A stretch of 64,000 bases of DNA. Origin: an uncultured Candidatus Saccharibacteria bacterium (lineage in GTDB: Bacteria; Patescibacteriota; Minisyncoccia; Phycocordibacterales; UBA6899). The position numbers were made by a program, and so were the translations under genes. Location: the NCBI GenBank assembly GCA_964469335.1, contig CAYXYK010000004.1, positions 101,362 to 165,361 on the forward strand, written 5' to 3'. The notes beneath the pieces are model-generated. The model saw only the letters and a program-made list of their open reading frames with translations, was not told the origin of the DNA and did not search any database. This document shows, piece by piece, positions 1 to 7,663 of the stretch (positions are counted from its first letter, which is position 1; each line of letters begins with the position of its first letter).

Positions 1-99
1 GGCGGGCGTGATGTTGCTCATGTAATTGAGAAAAAAGTTAGTGCCTAACTCTTTACACCGATAAATTTTACGGTATCTTAAAGAAAGCTTGTACATTCC

Positions 100-507
100 G
101 TGCAGGCGCTTTCAAGGAGAATCCCGATGTTCCGATGGCGCACTTCTTTGGCGGGGCTTTGCCTCGCACTCCTCTCCCCGATGGCGTTCGCGAGTTCCTG
201 CCAGATGACCCTGGCCGAGTTCCAGACCGACATGGCGCACGGCTTCCAGCACTCGCTCTGGACGCTCGCGGCGCTGGCGAACTTCGACACGATGGCCCTC
301 ATCAGCCTCAACGCGATGTGCATGGCGAAGGCCGGCTTCATGTTCTTCGTCGGCTTCTCGCTGCTGCCGTTCGTCATCCTCGGCACGCTGACGCTCGCGC
401 TGGTGTTGAGGCGACGGCTCGCCGTCGCCTTCCAGTTGGCCGCGAATCAGGCCTACCTCGCGCTCGCCGGTCACTACCGTCCGCTCGGCCGAATGCGGAT
501 CGCCTGA
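100..507 (+). CDS. hypothetical secreted/membrane protein
   Basis: The 135-aa ORF has a signal-peptide-like N-terminus (MFRWRTSLAGLCLALLSPMAFA) and a second hydrophobic stretch, and is followed by UUCG-type hairpins plus a T-tract. The region is ~65% GC, so the overlapping ORFs on both strands are expected artefacts. Confidence 0.3.
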   Translation: MQALSRRIPMFRWRTSLAGLCLALLSPMAFASSCQMTLAEFQTDMAHGFQHSLWTLAALANFDTMALISLNAMCMAKAGFMFFVGFSLLPFVILGTLTLALVLRRRLAVAFQLAANQAYLALAGHYRPLGRMRIA

Positions 508-516
508 CCTTCCTCA

Positions 517-562
517 CACCTTCGGGTGGCCCTCGCTTCGGCGGGGGTTTTTCTTTATTATT
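517..562 (+). terminator. putative Rho-independent terminator (two GC stems with TTCG loops followed by a T-run)
   Basis: The sequence caccTTCGggtg then ccctcgcTTCGgcggggg is followed by tttttctttatt. Confidence 0.4.
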
Positions 563-576
563 GATACATTCAACCC

Positions 577-966
577 ATGCCGATGAATTCAACAACGAAC
601 GAAGAGGGGATTTCCGAGATCCCGCCGACTGACCTTGCGGAGTACAATCATCGCGACACCGTGACCGTAGATGACAAAGTGATTCCGGGTTTCACCGCGA
701 AATACTACAAAAAAGATGTCGGTCCGCACGAAGTGACCATGGGCGTCTATCGTGACGCTTCTGGATCATTCGCATATCGCTCATGGGGAATCTACGGCGC
801 GGAGAACTGCTGTCGCTTCCATCAGGTTATGACCCCCGAAGGGGAATGGTCTCGCTCAATCCCCGGCGGTCCGGAGTTCCGGGTACTTGAACAGGACGGC
901 AAAGTGGTCGGCCTTGCAGTTGTGACACCAGACGGTGAACGTATATTCGATTGCCCGACTCTGTAG
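577..966 (+). CDS. hypothetical protein
   Basis: The 129-aa ORF is non-overlapping and ends 3 nt before the convergent DedA gene. I recognise no motif. Confidence 0.4.
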   Translation: MPMNSTTNEEGISEIPPTDLAEYNHRDTVTVDDKVIPGFTAKYYKKDVGPHEVTMGVYRDASGSFAYRSWGIYGAENCCRFHQVMTPEGEWSRSIPGGPEFRVLEQDGKVVGLAVVTPDGERIFDCPTL

Positions 967-969
967 TCG

Positions 970-1560
970 TCAGTATTTCTTCTTCGACTTCCTCCATTCG
1001 AGGAAGACCGGGATGAAAGAGACAAGGATGATCACGACGATCCCCGGTTCGATATATTTCTCTACTCCCGGCACTTGGTTCCCGAGCACATAACCAAGCA
1101 ACATGATGCCGCATACCCACACCACTCCTCCGATGATGTTGTATGCCATGAACGATCGGAACGGCATGCGTGCGACTCCCGCAACGATCGGGACAAAGGT
1201 GCGAATGATCGGAACGAAACGTGCGAGAAAGATCGCCTTGTTCCCATGACGAACGAAGAACTCGTGCGCGCGGGTTACGTGTGCGGGCTTGAAGAATCGT
1301 GACTCTTTCTTATTGAACAGCATCGGTCCCACCTTGCGTCCGAATGCGTAGCCGACGTTCTCGCCGAGGATCGCCGCCATGAGGGTGAAAATGAGCAGGG
1401 GAATGATGCTCATATATCCTTGTGAGGCAAGGAACCCCGCAGTAAAGAGCAGGCTGTCGCCGGGCAAGAAGAAACCGAAGAATAATCCGCATTCCGCGAA
1501 TACGATTGCGACGATTCCCGCCGCGCCGACACTCTGGATTAATCCGACGATATCGAACAT
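970..1560 (-). CDS. DedA/SNARE-associated (TVP38-like) family membrane protein
   Basis: The protein has multiple TM helices and the conserved DedA core (GENVGYAFGRKVG ... FVRHGNKAIFLARFVPIIRTFVPIVAGVARMPF). I prefer the internal Met at 1560 (MFDIVG) over the ORF-track start at 1626, because 1626 would abut the divergent nuclease gene. Confidence 0.75.
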   Translation of the reverse strand: MFDIVGLIQSVGAAGIVAIVFAECGLFFGFFLPGDSLLFTAGFLASQGYMSIIPLLIFTLMAAILGENVGYAFGRKVGPMLFNKKESRFFKPAHVTRAHEFFVRHGNKAIFLARFVPIIRTFVPIVAGVARMPFRSFMAYNIIGGVVWVCGIMLLGYVLGNQVPGVEKYIEPGIVVIILVSFIPVFLEWRKSKKKY

Positions 1561-1632
1561 TCGGCTATTATACACGGAATATCCATGGGCGCCGCAGTTG
1601 TCGTTTTTTCGCTCCTCTGTAATCATAGAGCG

Positions 1633-2196
1633 ATGCTTACACGACGTCAGACCAAGAAACTCATCACCACGCTCCTTACGCTGCTTGTTGCAGCATTGCT
1701 CTCGTTTGTGAACGGCGAATCGCTGCTGATCGGCATCGACCCCGGCACATCAGTCAAAGGGGTGACCTCTACCTCGTCATATCTGGTCCTCCATGTCGTC
1801 GACGGCGACACGCTCGACATCCTTCGCGGCGGCGAGAAAGAGCGACTGCGCCTCATTGGTATCAATAGTCCCGAGAGTGTTGATCCGCGCCGCCCGGTCG
1901 AATGTTTCGGCAAGGAAGCCTCTATGCATGCACATGAGCTACTTGACGGACAGTCGGTCACCCTCGAGACAGACTTCTCGCAGGGCACACTCGACAAGTA
2001 TGGTCGCACTCTCGCGTACATTTTTCTTCCTGATGGTCGTAACTTTGGCGAAGTGATGATCCGTGACGGTTATGCGTACGAGTACACCTACGACAAACCG
2101 TACAAGTATCAACAGCGTTTCAATGAAGCAGAAGACGACGCCAGCACGAACGCACGCGGGCTGTGGGCGAGTTCGTCTTGCCACGGCCTTAAATAA
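1633..2196 (+). CDS. staphylococcal/micrococcal nuclease homologue (thermonuclease, SNase-like), membrane-anchored
   Basis: An N-terminal TM is followed by an SNase-fold signature (VVDGDTLDI ... RLRLIGINSPES ... ECFGKEAS ... YGRTLAYIFLPDGRNFGEVMIRDGYA). The in-frame ATG at 1633 gives a sensible start. Confidence 0.85.
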   Translation: MLTRRQTKKLITTLLTLLVAALLSFVNGESLLIGIDPGTSVKGVTSTSSYLVLHVVDGDTLDILRGGEKERLRLIGINSPESVDPRRPVECFGKEASMHAHELLDGQSVTLETDFSQGTLDKYGRTLAYIFLPDGRNFGEVMIRDGYAYEYTYDKPYKYQQRFNEAEDDASTNARGLWASSSCHGLK

Positions 2197-2202
2197 AAAC
2201 CA

Positions 2203-2228
2203 AGCCCCGAACATGTGTTGTTCGGGGC
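2203..2228. terminator. bidirectional hairpin terminator between convergent genes
   Basis: The hairpin CCCCGAACAtgtgttgTTCGGGG is flanked by AAAAA on one side and a T-containing tail on the other. Confidence 0.5.
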
Positions 2229-2233
2229 GTTGT

Positions 2234-2515
2234 TCATGCGATCATGATGAGTTCATAGACGAACTCGCGTCCGTCCACTTCGAGCTTCTGCTCTTCGAAC
2301 ATGGCAGCGGACTGTTTCGTCAGTGCGAGTTTTCGGTGAACCAGCTTGCGGTCTTCCACGGAAAGGGGAGGTGACACAATCAGGCTGACCCGTCCACCAA
2401 TCGCAAGATTGATGAGCGCGTTAACAGTTTGTGCAAACTCTGTTCCTGGAGCGAATCGTTGTCGGTGTCGAGCGTACGCCACCTTGTCGATGACTTCGCA
2501 ATTGATCGATTCCAT
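2234..2515 (-). CDS. small nucleic-acid-binding protein, possible R3H-like domain
   Basis: The 93-aa protein has an R-x3-H motif (DRKLVH) followed by a Ser ... G..R..V pattern reminiscent of R3H. The assignment is tentative. Confidence 0.35.
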   Translation of the reverse strand: MESINCEVIDKVAYARHRQRFAPGTEFAQTVNALINLAIGGRVSLIVSPPLSVEDRKLVHRKLALTKQSAAMFEEQKLEVDGREFVYELIMIA

Positions 2516-2625
2516 TTTTGGTACTCCTATGTTTGTGTACGAGTCTTTCCCGAGATTACCACCCTCATCTCATCCGTCAAGTATTTCGATTGTTTTGTCT
2601 TCTGAATCCGTGTAGAATCGACTCC

Positions 2626-3345
2626 ATGGTCATCCTCATCAGTTTTCTGACGGTTATCTCGACCCTTCTCGGAGGGTTATTCGCGCTCCGCTTCAAGGAT
2701 AAACTCCACCTGATACTCGGTTTTTCCGCAGGTGCATTGCTTGGTGTCGCATTCTTCGACCTTTTACCGGAGGCGCTCATGCTCTCCGAAGGAGTATTCC
2801 CGGTCGAACAGATCACCGGCATCATTGCGCTTGGCTTCATTCTCTACATGGGTATCGATCGTCTGTTCACACTGCATGCGCACGACGATAGCCCGGAAGA
2901 TACCGCACATCACCGCGGCAAGCTCGGAGCGGGAAGCCTCTCCTTTCACAGTTTCCTTGATGGTGTCGCCATCGGTCTCGCATTCCAGGTCTCCGCATCG
3001 GTCGGTGCCATCGTAGCGACTGCGGTCCTGGTGCACGATTTCTCCGACGGAATCAACACGGTCAACATGATCCTGAAGAACAAAGGATCATCGAAGACCG
3101 CGATGAAGTGGCTGATGGTCGACGCCGTAGCGCCTTCACTCGGAGCTGCCTCGACACTTCTCTTCACGCTCCCTGAAGCCGCACTCGGTGTCATCCTCTC
3201 GATCTTCTGCGGTTTCTTCCTCTACATCGGTGCAAGCGACCTCCTCCCGGAAAGTTATCACGGTCATCCGACCAAGTGGACCACGTTCATGACGCTGCTT
3301 GGAATGGGAGTTCTCTATCTCGCGGTCCGCACCGCCGGCCTCTGA
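2626..3345 (+). CDS. ZIP family metal (zinc/iron) transporter, ZupT-like
   Basis: There are eight hydrophobic segments and ZIP signatures (HSFLDGVAIGLAF, LVHDFSDGI, HHRGK). The start is set to the in-frame ATG at 2626, because the upstream extension looks like non-coding sequence. Confidence 0.85.
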   Translation: MVILISFLTVISTLLGGLFALRFKDKLHLILGFSAGALLGVAFFDLLPEALMLSEGVFPVEQITGIIALGFILYMGIDRLFTLHAHDDSPEDTAHHRGKLGAGSLSFHSFLDGVAIGLAFQVSASVGAIVATAVLVHDFSDGINTVNMILKNKGSSKTAMKWLMVDAVAPSLGAASTLLFTLPEAALGVILSIFCGFFLYIGASDLLPESYHGHPTKWTTFMTLLGMGVLYLAVRTAGL

Positions 3346-3348
3346 CAA

Positions 3349-3378
3349 AAAAAGAACCCCGAAGATCGGGGTTCTTAC
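3349..3378. terminator. bidirectional Rho-independent terminator
   Basis: The hairpin aaaaaGAACCCCGAagatCGGGGTTCttacc lies between convergent genes. Confidence 0.55.
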
Positions 3379-3930
3379 CTAATAGAGCGAGGGAAGGACG
3401 TCACGGAAGTTCGACCAGTCGCAGCGGCGCGACTTCGAGTGTGTGTTGTACGGGCGGTCGAACACGATGTGTTCCCACTCCGGTTTCCGTACACCCGTCA
3501 CCTTGGGCTTGTCGTCGATCAGGATTGCGCCAGAGACCAGTGTCTTGTCACGGGTCATCACGATCCGGTTCACCCACTCATGCCCGAGATGCTCTTCGAC
3601 CCACAAGAATTTCTCCGGCACACAGTGGTGGAACACTTTTTTGGGAGCGGTGCAGATCCGCACATCGTAGCCCAAGGAGAGCATCTCACGCATGGCGTCG
3701 AGTGCTCCGGGAATCGGTGGGAGCGAGCGGAAGAATCCTGCTTGCACACTGAGCGCATCGATTTGTGCGTGATACTCCTCCGGAAAATGCTTCTCGGTAT
3801 CGAACTTGTCTGCTTCCTCGGGAAGTAGGAAGGGGAGTTCGGGGAAATGATCGGCGATCACCTCGAGGTAGCGCTTGGTGTAATCCGCGAGCACGCCGTC
3901 TTGATCGACGAGGATGATGGGCTTTTTCAT
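3379..3930 (-). CDS. HAD-superfamily 5'(3')-deoxyribonucleotidase (NT5C-like)
   Basis: The protein has the DxDGVL HAD motif I (ILVDQDGVLAD) and NT5C-like conserved blocks (RICTAP, ILIDDKP). I chose the start MKKPI at 3930, which has AAAGGA 5 nt upstream. Confidence 0.7.
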   Translation of the reverse strand: MKKPIILVDQDGVLADYTKRYLEVIADHFPELPFLLPEEADKFDTEKHFPEEYHAQIDALSVQAGFFRSLPPIPGALDAMREMLSLGYDVRICTAPKKVFHHCVPEKFLWVEEHLGHEWVNRIVMTRDKTLVSGAILIDDKPKVTGVRKPEWEHIVFDRPYNTHSKSRRCDWSNFRDVLPSLY

Positions 3931-4094
3931 GCTGTTCCTTTCAAGGTTCATAGATCTGTATCGATCATAGCTCCATCAAGAATATCTGTATGAAAATATA
4001 TACGTATATGTAGTGAATAGCTGGTATGATACCGAAATACTATGAAAAATAAAGTAAAACGTGTAAAATATATTTGTATTAAATTCATACAAAT

Positions 4095-4829
4095 ATGAAT
4101 CACATTCAATTCCTCACGAAGCTCGGACTTTCCGAGAAAGAATCCGCGGTTTACCTCGCGCTCCTCACTCATGGAGCTCTTGGTGTCTCAGACATCGCTC
4201 GCCACACTGCGCTCTATCGCACCGATGTATACACCGCGCTCCGCAGTCTTGAAGAGGATGCTTTGGTTTCGCTCACGCAGAAGGGGAAACAGAAGCGTTA
4301 CCTCGCACAGCCACCTTCCGTGCTTGAAGCGAAATTTGTTGAACTTGCGAACAGTTTCGACGATACGCTTGCCGAACTTACTGCGCTCAAGCAGCGAGTC
4401 AGCCCCGACGAGCCGCATGTTCACTATGCGAGCGGGAAGAAAGCGATCCGTGCACTCTACGATGATGTGGTGGAGTCGCTCGAGGAGGGCGAGACCTACT
4501 ACCGTTATAGTTCCGCGAAGGTGGAGGGCGTGGATAAGCGCGGCGATTATCTCTCCAAGAAGTACCGACTCCTGCGCGACAAGAAGGGGATCGAACGCAA
4601 GGTGATCACCAATGCGAAGAACATGGCATCCAAGCGCCCTCGGCTCGAGCGCGATATCAAGGTGGTCCCTCCCAACTTCGATCTGTTCGAGTACAACATC
4701 TCCGAGATCATCTATCGCGATAAGGTCGCGGTGATCGACTACAATCAAGAGACGGTGGTCACAATAGACAATCCCGTCGTCGCCAAGTTCCAAAAACGCA
4801 TCTTTGAACTCTTGTTCAAGAAGCTATGA
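4095..4829 (+). CDS. TrmB-family transcriptional regulator (N-terminal winged HTH)
   Basis: The N-terminus (LGLSEKESAVYLALLTHGALGVSDIARHTALYRTDVYTALRSLEEDALV) matches the TrmB HTH pattern. The gene follows a 140-bp AT-rich promoter region. Confidence 0.65.
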   Translation: MNHIQFLTKLGLSEKESAVYLALLTHGALGVSDIARHTALYRTDVYTALRSLEEDALVSLTQKGKQKRYLAQPPSVLEAKFVELANSFDDTLAELTALKQRVSPDEPHVHYASGKKAIRALYDDVVESLEEGETYYRYSSAKVEGVDKRGDYLSKKYRLLRDKKGIERKVITNAKNMASKRPRLERDIKVVPPNFDLFEYNISEIIYRDKVAVIDYNQETVVTIDNPVVAKFQKRIFELLFKKL

Positions 4830-4838
4830 TTCTCCTCG

Positions 4839-6116
4839 CTAGCTTACTGTTCCGATGAACGGTATCCCGATCCGCGCGAAAGATTCGTCGTTGAGTGAGG
4901 TCTTCGTCGCCTTCTCTTTGTGGAACAGGTGGGTGCTTGAGGCGAGGTGCACCAGCGTCTTGCCGTGCTTCACGTTGAGCTCGTCCACTTCTTTGTAGAT
5001 CTTCTCCAGTCTCTCAATTCGTAGCGTGATATCAAACAGGTCGAGCTGTCTTGCTGCGATGCTCGTCAGGTCCGAGATCGTCACTCCCGCCGCGCGATAG
5101 AGCGTGTGTTCGTCGTAGAGTTCTCCGAATTTCGAGAGTACCAAAGAGAGCACTTCCTCCGGGATATTGGTGGTGCGCGAGAGCCTGAGGTTGAGTCCGA
5201 CATATTTGAACCCCTGGGTCTTGAGGAAGAACGAGATGTTACGCCCAGCGAGTCCGTGCTCACGTGCACGTGCACACACCACTTCGACATGGCGGGAAAG
5301 CTCCGCGATGATGAACTTCTTGTCACTACGCGGAGGAGTGAAGGTGCGCGTGCGCATCAAGGATACATACGGTTTGCGTTCACCGGTATGGAGGGCGAGC
5401 GCTTTCTCGCCGCGCAGTTCCTTCCATAATTCCTGATATGGTTTCGAGAAATGCGACTCTACCCAGTACTGATCGCTATTCGCGAATTCGAGTGCGGTCT
5501 TGATATGGAGCTTCTCCATGTATGCAGTTGTCTGTTTGCCGATACCCCACACGTCGCCGATAGGGAACTTTGCGAGGAACACTTCGATATCCTTCCCTGG
5601 GATGATGGTGAGTCCGTCCGGCTTCTTGAAGTTCGACGCGATCTTTGCGAGCACCTTGGTCGGTGCGACTCCTATCGAGAAGGTCATCCCGAGCTCCTCA
5701 CGCAGCGTCTTCTTGAGTGATAGTGCGATCTCCTCGTAGCTCATCTTGAGGGGGAGTCGCATCCCGGTGATGTCCGCGAACGATTCATCGACCGAATAGC
5801 GCTCGATGTCCGAGGAATAGCGCTCAATGACATTATTCATCCGGTGCGAGAACAGCTCGTAGCTCTCATGGTCCGCGTCGAGGAATATCACATCCGGGCA
5901 GATCCGCTTCACTTCGCTTCCGGTCATCCCGCGCTTCACTCCACGTGCTTTCGCTTCGTAGGTCATCGCGAGTGCCATCCCGCGTTCGCGCCCCACCACC
6001 ACCGGCTTCCCGCGTAGCGAGGGATTCTTCGCAACTTCGCACCCCGCAAAGAAGCCATCACCATCGACGTGGAGGATTGCGCGTGGAAAATTCCGAATGA
6101 GGAACGGAGCACTCAT
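4839..6116 (-). CDS. Y-family (translesion) DNA polymerase, DinB/UmuC-like
   Basis: The protein has the ILHVDGDGFFAGCE catalytic start, SIGVAPTKVLAKIASNFKKPDGLTII and an HhH little-finger region. It lies 11 nt downstream of the lexA stop in the same orientation. Confidence 0.9.
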   Translation of the reverse strand: MSAPFLIRNFPRAILHVDGDGFFAGCEVAKNPSLRGKPVVVGRERGMALAMTYEAKARGVKRGMTGSEVKRICPDVIFLDADHESYELFSHRMNNVIERYSSDIERYSVDESFADITGMRLPLKMSYEEIALSLKKTLREELGMTFSIGVAPTKVLAKIASNFKKPDGLTIIPGKDIEVFLAKFPIGDVWGIGKQTTAYMEKLHIKTALEFANSDQYWVESHFSKPYQELWKELRGEKALALHTGERKPYVSLMRTRTFTPPRSDKKFIIAELSRHVEVVCARAREHGLAGRNISFFLKTQGFKYVGLNLRLSRTTNIPEEVLSLVLSKFGELYDEHTLYRAAGVTISDLTSIAARQLDLFDITLRIERLEKIYKEVDELNVKHGKTLVHLASSTHLFHKEKATKTSLNDESFARIGIPFIGTVS

Positions 6117-6126
6117 AATGGATGTG

Positions 6127-6696
6127 TTACGAGTACTTTCTAACTACACTGCGAACTACTGCCTCTATTTTAAGATTATCCTTCGGATGAATATCTTTAT
6201 ATTTCGGATTCGCCGCTTCGAGATAGAGCTTCCCGTCTTTCTTTCTGAGGTATTTCATCGTGAACGCTCCATCGACTTCGGCAATGACGATGCTACCGAC
6301 CCGCGCGTCCTGTGTGCGTTCGACGATCACCATGTCACCCTCGACGATGCCCGCATCTTTCATCGAGTCGCCTTTCACTTTGAGCATGTATGAAGCATCA
6401 CGCCGCGGGATCAGATATTCGTCAAGACTCATGCCGTCCCCACGATCTTCCTCCGCAGGAGAGGGGAAACCTGCTTCGACGAGACCGAGCACTCGCAGCT
6501 CTCCCCAGATATTTCCGGGAGCAAGTTTGCCGCGTTTGTCCTTTATCAGGAACCCTTCATGTGCGAGCCGCTCGATCAGTTTAAATACTGATGCGCGCGA
6601 AGAAAATCCGACGAGTGACATGATCTCGGAGTAGGAGGGCATACGTCTGCGTGTCTCATAGAATTGCCGTAGCTGTCTTTTATACTTCTCATCCAT
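6127..6696 (-). CDS. lexA: LexA repressor (wHTH + S24 peptidase)
   Basis: The N-terminal wHTH (SYSEIMSLVGFSSRASVFKLIERLAHEGFLI) is followed by an LVEAG Ala-Gly hinge and an S24 Ser/Lys domain (KGDSMKDAGIVEGDMVIV ... KYLRKK). The start is the internal Met at 6696, so the ORF-track 5' extension is non-coding. Confidence 0.85.
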   Translation of the reverse strand: MDEKYKRQLRQFYETRRRMPSYSEIMSLVGFSSRASVFKLIERLAHEGFLIKDKRGKLAPGNIWGELRVLGLVEAGFPSPAEEDRGDGMSLDEYLIPRRDASYMLKVKGDSMKDAGIVEGDMVIVERTQDARVGSIVIAEVDGAFTMKYLRKKDGKLYLEAANPKYKDIHPKDNLKIEAVVRSVVRKYS

Positions 6697-6718
6697 TGCT
6701 ACAGTATAAGCGAACAAC

Positions 6719-6732
6719 TGTTCGCCTGCAAG
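6719..6732. promoter_or_regulatory. SOS (Cheo-type) LexA box CGAACAACTGTTCG overlapping the lexA promoter
   Basis: This is a perfect GAAC-N4-GTTC palindrome 23 nt upstream of the lexA ATG. On the coding strand it lies adjacent to a TATACT -10 element. Confidence 0.7.
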
Positions 6733-7066
6733 ATCCCACCTTGTCGCACCGCTTTTCTTGATAGAGAAGGGAGAATGTCGCGTACTATATTGTGCACATC
6801 TTGACCCTTCGGAGCGCGAGCGTACACTCATGACACTACTTGTCGCATACGCGAGAGATCGATGGCGATCTCTGGAAGTGAGGTGTGATCCCTCCACTGT
6901 GCCGCAACGGTAAAGCTGTCACTCGAAAGAGGAGAGAGATGAGTCCGGTCAGCAAGTAGGTATTTCTTCCGAGCAGAAGCGCACTCATCATCTTGGGTGA
7001 CAAAAGGGAAAACAACCCGTGCTTCCAACTCAGAAGGGCGGTTTTCTTTTATTTACATAATCGACT

Positions 7067-7651
7067 ATGACACTAAAAAAATTACTTACTGGCTTCCTGC
7101 TCCTCATCGCCCTCATGTGGCTCTCGGGTGAACTCCTCCTCAAGAGTGACGAGCGCAGCAAGGCAAAGGGAGAGACTCGCGCCGCGACCACTACCAGCGA
7201 AGTCGCCGGAGCCGCAACGACTACATCGAAGAGCGCTATCCCTATTTTAAAGCAACAGCGAGCCGAACCATCAGTGTCGACTAGCACACCCCCTGCAGTC
7301 GTTCCCTCCGCCCAACCTTCACCTGTGAGTGCTACGAGCATGAAGGACGATATCAGTGTGACGCTCTCCGTCGACGGCAAATCATTCGTCCACCAGCTCC
7401 CAAAGGGCGCGAGTGTCGCAACGCTTCTTACCACAGCACAGTCCGCCGGCGAGCTCTCCTTCATAGGCAAGGACTACTCCGGCCTCGGCATGCTCATCGT
7501 TGGTATCAATAGCAAGCTGAACAATCAGGACAAGAACAACCTCTACTGGATCTACTCGGTGAACGGACAGAAGGCACAAAAGGGCGTTTCAGAGTATGTT
7601 CTTGCGGCAGGCGACACTGTTTCATGGAGTTACGAACAGAATACTTACTAA
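7067..7651 (+). CDS. membrane-anchored DUF4430-domain protein
   Basis: The protein has a signal/TM segment, a Ser/Thr/Pro-rich linker and a C-terminal DUF4430-like block (NNLYWIYSVNGQKAQKGVSEYVLAAGDTVSWSY). Confidence 0.6.
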   Translation: MTLKKLLTGFLLLIALMWLSGELLLKSDERSKAKGETRAATTTSEVAGAATTTSKSAIPILKQQRAEPSVSTSTPPAVVPSAQPSPVSATSMKDDISVTLSVDGKSFVHQLPKGASVATLLTTAQSAGELSFIGKDYSGLGMLIVGINSKLNNQDKNNLYWIYSVNGQKAQKGVSEYVLAAGDTVSWSYEQNTY

Positions 7652-7663
7652 TCACCAATCATC

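Noticed and set aside
4188-4793. 201-aa minus-strand ORF
   Set aside because: It lies fully antisense to the TrmB-like gene, which has a clear HTH signature.
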